A program made the position numbers and the translations under genes. Below, piece by piece: positions 56,015-64,000 of a stretch of DNA of 64,000 bases. Under the pieces are notes generated by a model, which saw nothing but the letters and a program-made list of their open reading frames with translations, made no database searches and was not told the DNA's origin. Where the stretch lies: the IMG/VR virus record IMGVR_UViG_2029527005_000001, positions 6,183-70,182 of that record; one strand, given 5' to 3'. Source of the DNA: a virus. How positions within the stretch are numbered: the stretch's first letter is position 1; each line of letters opens with the position of its first letter.

Positions 56015-57568
56015 ATGGGTCATCTGTTAATGTTGGTAAAAGTCCTTACTTGCTTTTATCATGCAAAGAAGTTGAAAGACCGCGGATTGTTAAATGAGTT
56101 GACCGATGTTCTCGGAACGTTAAAAACCCCCAACACGGATGTGTTTGTCCAAGATCGCAAGACTGACAGTGCTATTCGTTCCACCATCGACTGGATCTTA
56201 GAGCAACCGGACGATGAAGCGATCATAAAATCAATGCTCATGCAGAGGGTGTATTCGTTTGTAAAAGAAGCACCTGAGCTGAAAGATCTGCTGGAAGTGG
56301 GGTTGGAAGACTATCCGACAACAGAACGTACTCGTCAGATTATCTACAAACATATCGACGAAATCAAGAAGGAGCAAGAAACCACCAAGATCAACGATGC
56401 ACTGAAAAAGAAGATCAAGGACTTCCACTTCAAAGAACTCCGCCAGTTCCAGAAAAACGACTGGGTAGAGTTCATGGATGTCATTCAGGGCAAGATCAAC
56501 CAAGCTTATAATGAAGAGAAGCAGAGCGAGGTTGTTGAGTCGGTTTCTTCGGAAGATAAAGATCCCTTCCTGGAAATCATTGAACGTGCTCAGCGTGAAC
56601 AGAATGGCGATGGTATCATTAAGTTAGGCATCCAGGGCATCAACAAGGGCTTAGGTCCAGACCAAGGGTTGCGTCGCGGTAAGACGTATCTGTGGAACGC
56701 CCTGACTAACCGTGGTAAGTCTCTCATGATGGGTCATGCGATTGCATCGACTGGTCTGTATAATAAAGCAACACCGATGCTGCGTAACAAGAGTAAGATT
56801 CCAACCATCGTTCTGGATTCAGCAGAAGACGGTATCGAACTTATTCTTAACCGTATGTACAAACTCATCTGTGTGGCCAAGACCGGCAAGCTGCGTCCGT
56901 TTGAAGAAGTCACGTCAGAAGAGATCTACACCACCATTACCGAAGCGTTTATCGAGAACGGTTGGTACTTCATCTTTAACCAGATTGAGCCGAACAAAGA
57001 TAACTACGCTAACTTCTGCGCACGTATCCGTAAGCTGGAAATGCGCGGTCACGAAATCATCATGTATGTCTATGACTACTTAGCGATGATGGAACTCGAT
57101 GGCATATTGGGTGACAGCAAATCTGACCGACTGCAAATCCTGCTGCGTAAAGCACGTGCGTTTACTTCTGCTCGCGGTATCTGTTTCAACACGCCTCATC
57201 AGCTTAACCCGGACGCGAAACGACTGCTCAGGGAATCAGATGATGACAGTGAGATTTACTTTGCTCAGATGGTAGCGGGTAAGTCGATGACAGAAACCTC
57301 CACTAAGTTAACGAACGAAGTGGATGCAGAAATTACCATTCACGTTGCCAAGACTTCAACAGGTAACTACTTCACCTACGCAATCGGTAAGATTCGTGGT
57401 GATGCGGGCGACCCTGCGTTCTCATTTGGTATCTACGATCTGGATCCTGTACTTGGTTTGGTTCACGATATCGCAGGCAAGCCGATGTGTCGTAAGAAGA
57501 TCACCCATCGTCTTAATGACTTTGGTGATTCAGTACCGGGAGAAGATGATTTCGACATAGCGGCATAA
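56015..57568 (+). CDS. dnaB: DnaB-like replicative helicase (phiKZ gp118-like)
   Basis: GLRRG, Walker A NALTNRGKS, SAED, Walker B YVYDYL, TPHQLN and GKIRG. Confidence 0.88.
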   Translation: MGHLLMLVKVLTCFYHAKKLKDRGLLNELTDVLGTLKTPNTDVFVQDRKTDSAIRSTIDWILEQPDDEAIIKSMLMQRVYSFVKEAPELKDLLEVGLEDYPTTERTRQIIYKHIDEIKKEQETTKINDALKKKIKDFHFKELRQFQKNDWVEFMDVIQGKINQAYNEEKQSEVVESVSSEDKDPFLEIIERAQREQNGDGIIKLGIQGINKGLGPDQGLRRGKTYLWNALTNRGKSLMMGHAIASTGLYNKATPMLRNKSKIPTIVLDSAEDGIELILNRMYKLICVAKTGKLRPFEEVTSEEIYTTITEAFIENGWYFIFNQIEPNKDNYANFCARIRKLEMRGHEIIMYVYDYLAMMELDGILGDSKSDRLQILLRKARAFTSARGICFNTPHQLNPDAKRLLRESDDDSEIYFAQMVAGKSMTETSTKLTNEVDAEITIHVAKTSTGNYFTYAIGKIRGDAGDPAFSFGIYDLDPVLGLVHDIAGKPMCRKKITHRLNDFGDSVPGEDDFDIAA

Positions 57569-57584
57569 GCCCAATAAGCATAAG

Positions 57585-57614
57585 CTACTCTACTCCCCAG
57601 CGGGAGTAGAGTAG
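57585..57614. terminator. bidirectional terminator (CTACTCTACTCCC family)
   Basis: CTACTCTACTCCC-CAGC-GGGAGTAGAGTAG; stem identical to 39090-39119. Confidence 0.8.
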
Positions 57615-57618
57615 TGAG

Positions 57619-58956
57619 TTATGTATCCAAACCTTCATAGACCAGAAACACAAACAGCGTTGAGCGTTCACGGAACACCGTATTCGGCTGCGTATCGTTT
57701 TGCACTGACTGACTGATAACGCCCAACACCACGCCCTCAACTTCTACCAACACATCGTTTGCTTGCGTGAAGTAATACTTACACGGCATGCCTGGTGTGA
57801 TGAGTTCAGCATTGGATTGATCCCACGGAATCGTAATGAGTTCACCATCGTTGTAAGCAGTCTCAGAAAGACCCTTGTAGATGTTCTCTGCGGGATTACG
57901 GTCATAGACGGAGATCTGTTCGCCCGAACCGCGTTGTGCTGTCTGGTACTCACTCATGGAGTCTGAGCGGGTAGTGATGGCTTTACCTTTCGCGTAGAAG
58001 TTACCGGCTTTGCCTGACAGTGCATCTGGGTTAATAATACGTTTACCCACGCCGTTGTTCTGGCGCGTGATGTCAACTGTTGACTGATGCTTGGAGTGCC
58101 CGGTTGACAAGATCGTCACCGTTTTATTGTTGGTGTACCAGGTGGTTTCCAACGTTGGTGTAGCATCCTCAGGAAAGCGGAAGATATCCAATACACGAGC
58201 GGCTGTTTTGTATCGACCCATCAAGAAAGGTGGGAACAGGTAAAACATTCCCTTGCGATAGAAACACGCCAGTCCAGCAGAATAGATCCCGTACTTGTCA
58301 TCGTTCTGAAGATAAGTCGGAAGATCCATTAACCGCGTACCGTCTGGGATTTCAATGTGCTTATAGACTTTGGCGTTATCGCCCTCTATCGGCATATCTA
58401 CACCCCGGAAAGCATCAGCACCTGATAACCCTACTTCAGCTCCATCTGTGATCAGAGCGTGCTGTAGGGCCTTGTCAGTGCGTGCCAGGAAGAACACCGA
58501 GTCAGTGGTAAAGCTGTTACGCAGAATCGCGAAGCCGAGCTCCTGTAGCTGAAGGTTAACCGTGATAATGTTTAAGCTATCAAAGTTCTCCAGGTTACTG
58601 ACCTTGGTGTTGTTGCCCGACATCTCTGGATCGTTGTTGGTCAGCGGGATGCAGCGAAACATACGGGAAGTCTGTTTCAATCCTTCTCGCTCAATGACCT
58701 CTAGCTTGAGATTGTCTGAAAACGGCAACACTTGCTTGAGGTAAAGACCGGGTTGAATCTGGCAGGTTAACCGGTAGTCGTCTGCGCGAGACGACGCAAA
58801 CATCGCGGTGCGATCAAAGTGACTGATCAAATACACCGGAATATGTTGCGTCGGCGTAATCAGCGTGGCTGACAAACGGTAGTAGCGGTTGGTGCCTGCT
58901 TTGGATACTGTTCGGGCCTGCGTGATTAAGTTCTGTAGCGGTTTTGAGATTTCCAC
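57619..58956 (-). CDS. virion structural protein, probable baseplate hub (phiKZ gp101-like)
   Basis: 445 aa; YLQ...YGIYSAG...FY and W.QSNAELITPGMPCKY.F motifs; synteny. Confidence 0.6.
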   Translation of the reverse strand: MEISKPLQNLITQARTVSKAGTNRYYRLSATLITPTQHIPVYLISHFDRTAMFASSRADDYRLTCQIQPGLYLKQVLPFSDNLKLEVIEREGLKQTSRMFRCIPLTNNDPEMSGNNTKVSNLENFDSLNIITVNLQLQELGFAILRNSFTTDSVFFLARTDKALQHALITDGAEVGLSGADAFRGVDMPIEGDNAKVYKHIEIPDGTRLMDLPTYLQNDDKYGIYSAGLACFYRKGMFYLFPPFLMGRYKTAARVLDIFRFPEDATPTLETTWYTNNKTVTILSTGHSKHQSTVDITRQNNGVGKRIINPDALSGKAGNFYAKGKAITTRSDSMSEYQTAQRGSGEQISVYDRNPAENIYKGLSETAYNDGELITIPWDQSNAELITPGMPCKYYFTQANDVLVEVEGVVLGVISQSVQNDTQPNTVFRERSTLFVFLVYEGLDT

Positions 58957-59667
58957 TTACGACCCCCAGATACCAAACTCCTTGCGTGCTTCTTCTTGAC
59001 GCAACAGAGTGTCCACGTTATTGCGGGCAGGTACGTTGTAAGCGTCTTGAGGAATGTGTCCGATGTTCGGCAACACACGCGTGGTAAGAAGATCGTAATA
59101 GGAAATAAACTCCGGACGTTGATGCCTTCCCGTTTTGTGGTCTAACTGGAACAACCCCACCAATCCCAGTAACCCGTTTCCTGCTTTGCCGCTTTGCCGT
59201 TCATCTTCACGATGCGCACGCTGATCTAAATAGAGCTTGATGCGGGCGTAGTCGTCAAACATGTAGAAGGCAAGCTGTTCCAGGTAACGTATCTCTTCAG
59301 GGTTAATGCTGCCGTAGTTAGAGTTCGTGAGATAGAGCTCATACCACAGCGAGTTATACTCCTGAATCGTGTCCACGATCTGAATCACGTTTTTATTGGG
59401 CTGATCAACTTTTAATGGTTGATCGTCCGTGACGTTTTCCAGTAGCTTAATGGCTTTCTCAATCGTGAGTCCACGCTTTACCGGTCGTGCATAGACGTCA
59501 GAATCCGGCACGGTATCGTTGGACATGTAGGCGACGCGGTCACGAATTTGGTCTGTGGTCATGGTGTGGCTAGGGAACACCCAAAACGGAAAGGTGCGCT
59601 TGGTAATTATCGCATGCAGCGTAATTGCTCGCGACCTTATTGCGTGGTAACGTTCAATTTCAATCAT
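58957..59667 (-). CDS. conserved hypothetical jumbo-phage protein
   Basis: 236-aa ORF in the structural operon. Confidence 0.65.
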   Translation of the reverse strand: MIEIERYHAIRSRAITLHAIITKRTFPFWVFPSHTMTTDQIRDRVAYMSNDTVPDSDVYARPVKRGLTIEKAIKLLENVTDDQPLKVDQPNKNVIQIVDTIQEYNSLWYELYLTNSNYGSINPEEIRYLEQLAFYMFDDYARIKLYLDQRAHREDERQSGKAGNGLLGLVGLFQLDHKTGRHQRPEFISYYDLLTTRVLPNIGHIPQDAYNVPARNNVDTLLRQEEARKEFGIWGS

Positions 59668-60941
59668 AACACTTTACCCATCTTGCGTGATTTAAAAATC
59701 ATTAACAATAGGATAGGCGCGTAGTAGAACTGCAACTTGGTGGGGAGATCCCAATAGGTTTCCAGGAAGTCGTGAATGCGCTTGAGATCGACGATGTCGT
59801 TTTTCAGTACGTCCACAACCAGGTTCTCAAACACACCCTGTGGTTTGCCCTGATAGAAGTCTTCACTAAACAGGTAAGCCATCTTGATGTTGGGCAGTGG
59901 GTTGTAGGTCGGAATGAGATCCATCCAACTGTACCATCCCGACATATCCGCGAAATCTTCTGGGTTAGTCACCACTACGCCGTCAAAGCTGCTGGAACGG
60001 ATGTTGTTGTAGGTGCGCGTGGAGTACAGACGCTTCACGTCCACGATAGCCGCGGTGTTCTTGCAGCGACGCAGGGTGTTCCAGTCACCACGGAACAGCA
60101 CGTCCCAGATGTTGTACACGCCGTGCTGTGCTTTTAGATTCCCACCGTACTCCAGACCCAACGTAGTTAAACGCGGATACGTTCCCAGGGATTCGCTCTT
60201 GGCCATAGAAAGGAAAGCTTTGACCAAGTAGGGATCGTAATAGTGCTTGCCGTTGTCTTCTAACGCCAGCGTGCGCTCTTCTTCCCAGTAGAACTCTTCG
60301 TAGACGTAGTGAACGATCGTTGGGTACCAGCTCCAAATCTTTTTCTTGAGATCGAATTCGCCGGTAGAAATGATTGGCGTACCGCCATTGAGATGCTGGT
60401 CGCGTGAGTACACGAGGTCCTCAACGATCATACTCTCCATCTCTTTCCATATTGGTTCAGTTAAGATACCGTTAAAGACCCACTCGATCTGATAGACCTT
60501 GTTTGCGGTGAATTCAGGAATAGACAGCGCCGTAACCGTAAACCAGCCCGCGTTGCCATCGCCGATGTCAGCAATAAAGAAATCGCCCACCAACGGCACC
60601 AAGCCAAAGAAAGCATAAGCCGAACCCGTTTTACCCGATACTGCGGTAGTGGCATCAAAGCTGAAGTTTTCATCACGGAACTTCAGTATAACGTCTTTGA
60701 TACGGGTATGACTCTGGTAGGTGCCTGACCCTGGCTGGAAAGCGTGCAGTTCTTCGTTGTTCTTCTGTGCCTGACGATGGTACTCAGTGAGCACAGGCGT
60801 GCCAGGAACCATGGAGAGGAACGATCCTTCGTTCTGGTACACGCTCTCCACGATGCTGTGCTTATACGCTTCAGAATAGATCTTAGGCGCTTCTGGTGGC
60901 GGGCTGGGTGCTTGACCTACCGGCGTGATACTTAAAGCCAT
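59664..60941 (-). CDS. virion structural (neck-type) protein (phiKZ gp99-like position)
   Basis: 425 aa; P.VGDFFIADIGDG.AG.FTV and YYDPYLV motifs. Confidence 0.6.
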   Translation of the reverse strand: MALSITPVGQAPSPPPEAPKIYSEAYKHSIVESVYQNEGSFLSMVPGTPVLTEYHRQAQKNNEELHAFQPGSGTYQSHTRIKDVILKFRDENFSFDATTAVSGKTGSAYAFFGLVPLVGDFFIADIGDGNAGWFTVTALSIPEFTANKVYQIEWVFNGILTEPIWKEMESMIVEDLVYSRDQHLNGGTPIISTGEFDLKKKIWSWYPTIVHYVYEEFYWEEERTLALEDNGKHYYDPYLVKAFLSMAKSESLGTYPRLTTLGLEYGGNLKAQHGVYNIWDVLFRGDWNTLRRCKNTAAIVDVKRLYSTRTYNNIRSSSFDGVVVTNPEDFADMSGWYSWMDLIPTYNPLPNIKMAYLFSEDFYQGKPQGVFENLVVDVLKNDIVDLKRIHDFLETYWDLPTKLQFYYAPILLLMIFKSRKMGKVL

Positions 60942-60943
60942 GA

Positions 60944-62455
60944 TTAACTCCTAAAGGTTTTGATGTTCTTGACAATGAGCCCCAGTTCCATCTCGTACTG
61001 ATTCCAGTTGCGCTTGATGTCAACCGGTAAACCGTCTGGCAGGTTCTCTTGCCAATTCCCCGGCATGTTCGGCCAATCCCACCACGGGAAGATATTGGGC
61101 AGTAAACCCCCACCATTATCACGCGCATCGCTCCAGTAATCGTCAGAGTAATCCTCTACCGAGTAGTCGATGTTGATAATGAGGTGTTGTAAACGCGTGG
61201 TGGTGGGTTCGCGTTTGATAAAGATGTTACCTGCTTCATCCATACGCAGCTGATTGGGTTCAACCTGAAGATCGTCCGAGTACACCTCGAAGTGAATCGG
61301 AGTATCGTGGCGGTTAAATACCTTGTCATGACGACGCAACAAGTAAGCTTTGGCATCATCATCCCACTGGAACTCAGGGATCTCAAACAGATTACAGAGC
61401 AGCTGTTCACCTGCAACGTCATCTACGCGGAAACGCACCTGAATAAGCTGGTTCAGTTTCGCCTTGTGCGGGCGCTCCCAGTTATCGTGATGCGGCAGCA
61501 CCAGATAATAAGGGGCCTGTGTCAGACCTAGGTTGGTGAGCAAACGCACCCCGGCTACGTATTCAGGGTTAGCCGCGCCGTGATAAGGAACCGACTGACG
61601 ATACAGATCGCGATTGGTGACTACCCACTTCGCTGGGATCTCGTCCTGATGCACCTGCAACGGATAGGTAATTCGCCAACCAATGAACTCGTTGTAGAAG
61701 AACTTATAGGCGAACCCCACCTCGTACTGCCCCATGGTCTGACCTTTCTGAGCCAGACGCACCTGCGGCTCTTCAAACTCAATCTGCATGTCACGCAGTT
61801 TAATCGGGTAGACCAAGGTAGAGTTATTGCCGGCTACGTTGTTGATGATGGTGAAGTCACGCAGCTTTTTCTCAACCAGGTATTGTGGGAAAGCGTCGCT
61901 ACGTATCTTGTTTGTTACCAGCAGTGCGTGAACGTCACTCATCAACTCCAGGATACCGTCATTCAACGGCAGGTGTCCTTCACCGTCAAACGTCATCATG
62001 GTTAACATCTGACTGGTGGTGTAGTTGATTTTGTTCACGAATTCTTGGGCGGCAATACGAGAAGTAAAGTGCGAGTTCAACTCCACGGTTACCGTGCGTC
62101 CGGCAAACTCTGGCGTGAAGTACATACCGATGCTTTTGTCTAACCAGAACGGCATCTCTGTGGCGTCACGACGCTGGTTGTGGTAGCCGTTGTTGAATTC
62201 CGAGGGTTCGATAGCGGCAACAGCATAAACCTTGTTCCGGAAAATGCCATCGGTGTAAAGCGTGTTGGCTTGATTATCACCAAAGTCGCTGCCGATCATT
62301 TTGGTGATTTCTGCTTCACCGTTAAAATAAACGTTTTTAGCGCCCTCAAGACCAAAGTACTTGAGTACGGAAATAATAGAGTCGTAGATCACCGGTCGCG
62401 TAATCGAGCGGTAGGTTTCTATGGACCCGGCAAAGGTGGTTTGTGTGGCACCCAT
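60944..62455 (-). CDS. virion structural protein (phiKZ gp98-like position)
   Basis: 503-aa ORF; SITRP and YP..VHQ..IP motifs; synteny. Confidence 0.6.
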   Translation of the reverse strand: MGATQTTFAGSIETYRSITRPVIYDSIISVLKYFGLEGAKNVYFNGEAEITKMIGSDFGDNQANTLYTDGIFRNKVYAVAAIEPSEFNNGYHNQRRDATEMPFWLDKSIGMYFTPEFAGRTVTVELNSHFTSRIAAQEFVNKINYTTSQMLTMMTFDGEGHLPLNDGILELMSDVHALLVTNKIRSDAFPQYLVEKKLRDFTIINNVAGNNSTLVYPIKLRDMQIEFEEPQVRLAQKGQTMGQYEVGFAYKFFYNEFIGWRITYPLQVHQDEIPAKWVVTNRDLYRQSVPYHGAANPEYVAGVRLLTNLGLTQAPYYLVLPHHDNWERPHKAKLNQLIQVRFRVDDVAGEQLLCNLFEIPEFQWDDDAKAYLLRRHDKVFNRHDTPIHFEVYSDDLQVEPNQLRMDEAGNIFIKREPTTTRLQHLIINIDYSVEDYSDDYWSDARDNGGGLLPNIFPWWDWPNMPGNWQENLPDGLPVDIKRNWNQYEMELGLIVKNIKTFRS

Positions 62456-62497
62456 AGCGATAAGTTCCTTATGAAAATAAACATAAAATTTACCTGA

Positions 62498-62521
62498 CTT
62501 AGTGGGTGTTACCCCACTAAG
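62498..62521 (-). terminator. hairpin terminator
   Basis: CTTAGTGGG / CCCACTAAG stem after the stop at 62534. Confidence 0.6.
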
Positions 62522-62533
62522 CTCGGTTATGTT

Positions 62534-63274
62534 TTAAAAGGGACGATCGTCACTGTCTTGCGGAACCACGGCCAGACTCAACAGGTTACGGTTGGCGTCG
62601 CGCAGGTAAACCCGCACCACACCTTCTTCCCCCTCTTTGCGATACGTCTGGTATTTAAACACCGTGGCATTGCGCAGAATGTTGATATTGTCTTTTGTGA
62701 CGTAAGGAGACGTACTCAGACGGGCTTTAACTGCGTCGACCAATTCAGGGGACAGTTGGTTACCATTAAAGGCTTTGCCCTTGCCCTGGAACGGTTTAGA
62801 CGCACTCAGGATACCTTGGAAAAAGATAAGCTGAAAAGTCTTGCCCAGTGACTGCATGCTGTCGATTAACTTCCCGCCTGCTTCGGTTACCACACGAATC
62901 GTGACCGAACCTTTGTAGAGGTAGGAGTTATTAAGGATCGTTAGCGTGGCCTGTCCCAGCAGGTTGCCGTTGAACACAATGGCATCGTCAGTGGCCTTGT
63001 AGTCCACGTTACGAATCAAGCCTAAACCAAACTGTTGAGAGAACGCAGCAATAGCCTGGGCATAGGTTGCGCCTTTCTCCAGTTTGACAGTGGGCATCGA
63101 CAGCAAGAACTGCGGAGTCAGGTCCATCTTCTTGACCACCCCTACCGTTTCAACGCCCTGCTTGTTAACAAAGCTCACGGTAGACTCATCACCGCCCGAG
63201 GTAAAATACTCCAGTACCTTACCACCTAGGCGTGTTTCCAGCTTGCTGATGTTTTCAGGGGTGATATTACTCAT
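62534..63274 (-). CDS. probable virion protein
   Basis: Start MSNITPEN at 63274 overlapping the upstream stop. Confidence 0.6.
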   Translation of the reverse strand: MSNITPENISKLETRLGGKVLEYFTSGGDESTVSFVNKQGVETVGVVKKMDLTPQFLLSMPTVKLEKGATYAQAIAAFSQQFGLGLIRNVDYKATDDAIVFNGNLLGQATLTILNNSYLYKGSVTIRVVTEAGGKLIDSMQSLGKTFQLIFFQGILSASKPFQGKGKAFNGNQLSPELVDAVKARLSTSPYVTKDNINILRNATVFKYQTYRKEGEEGVVRVYLRDANRNLLSLAVVPQDSDDRPF

Positions 63275-63977
63275 CGCTTGCACCTTCTTTCTTCTCCGCA
63301 TAGAAGATACCCGGAGTAATGCCTTTGATTGCCTTGACAATTGCGCCAGCGACTTTACGTTGATCCGCTAACTCTTTCTTCAGGCTGTCAAACTTCTCAC
63401 GGGTTTCTTTTGATTTTTCAGTGATAGCAGCTTTCTTCACACTGATGGCTTCTTTATCACCGTCCGCAGGTACGTCGCCACTGACACTGCTTTCCAGTGC
63501 TTTGAGATCAGAATCCACCTCGTTAAAGGTTTTCTCTAATTCAGTGCCTTTGTTGAATACCGTGGTGAATTCAGTCATGAGCTTGTCAATAACACCCGGA
63601 GCTGAACTTACGGTGGTCAAAGAGCCCACTGCTGTTTTCACGCCGTCGTTATTGGTAGCTGCTGCCAGACGCTCGATGCCTGCTTTTGCGCTGTCAGTTA
63701 AGGTAGCGTCTTTCTGCTCTACTGCAGCGAGGGCTTTCTTGTTGGCTTCGGAAGCTTCTTTGATGTCGTCAGCCATTTCCTGCAACGACTTATCGAAGTA
63801 GTTTTCCTTGATCGCCACCAAACCGTCTTTGACAACCTGGAACGCTTTCAGCATAGCAGCTTTGACTTTATCCCATACCGCACCTTCATTGCCATCGATA
63901 CGATCAGAGATAATGCCGCGACTCATCATGACGCCCATCAGGTAACGTTGGGCATAGCTCTGCTGTTCCGTCGACAC
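63267..63977 (-). CDS. internal head protein (SPN3US gp53/54-type paralog family)
   Basis: Short propeptide ending IDGNE|GAVWDKVK, typical of head ejection proteins cleaved by the prohead protease; helical Ala/Lys-rich body. Confidence 0.65.
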   Translation of the reverse strand: MSTEQQSYAQRYLMGVMMSRGIISDRIDGNEGAVWDKVKAAMLKAFQVVKDGLVAIKENYFDKSLQEMADDIKEASEANKKALAAVEQKDATLTDSAKAGIERLAAATNNDGVKTAVGSLTTVSSAPGVIDKLMTEFTTVFNKGTELEKTFNEVDSDLKALESSVSGDVPADGDKEAISVKKAAITEKSKETREKFDSLKKELADQRKVAGAIVKAIKGITPGIFYAEKKEGASDE

Positions 63978-64000
63978 ATAGCCCCCAGCTGCATGAAATT

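Noticed and set aside
1-64000. CRISPR array, tRNA genes, integrase or transposase
   Set aside because: No regularly spaced direct repeats, no cloverleaf with a T-loop consensus and no such protein motifs were found by eye. A tRNAscan/minCED run would be definitive.
1-64000. Alternative genetic code (stop-codon reassignment)
   Set aside because: Genes are densely packed and full-length under the standard code, and all three stop codons are used as terminators.

Overview
This 64-kb window is from a phiKZ/SPN3US-like jumbo myovirus (Chimalliviridae-type), probably infecting an enterobacterium. The assignment rests on recognised protein motifs and gene order, not on a database search. About 1-21.5 kb is a mostly minus-strand accessory region. 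It encodes a RyR-domain protein, a YgiB/DUF1190 lipoprotein, a plus-strand DUF1353/tail-fibre-module island, several small membrane proteins, an Ntn-hydrolase-like protein, an ATP-grasp enzyme, an Acb1-like 2H phosphodiesterase, a Cys-His-Asp enzyme, RNase HI, NAD-dependent DNA ligase, a HAD hydrolase and a signal-peptide lytic transglycosylase. About 21.5-64 kb is the conserved core: SbcC ATPase, central spike, three paralogous ~1000-1170 aa tail/baseplate fibres, overlapping spanins, a holin candidate, RuvC, baseplate proteins, portal, non-virion RNAP beta-N, major capsid protein, DnaB helicase and neck/head proteins. Two core genes (nvRNAP beta-N and one fibre) are each broken by a single -1 frameshift at a short homopolymer, most likely a sequencing error but worth checking. 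I found no tRNA, CRISPR array, integrase or transposase. Top leads: Acb1 beside an ATP-grasp and a transglutaminase-like gene, with an Ntn-like gene nearby (possible anti-defence or peptide-tagging module); the lysis genes; a sequence-conserved hairpin family; a 4-copy promoter motif; and small genes missed by the ORF track.
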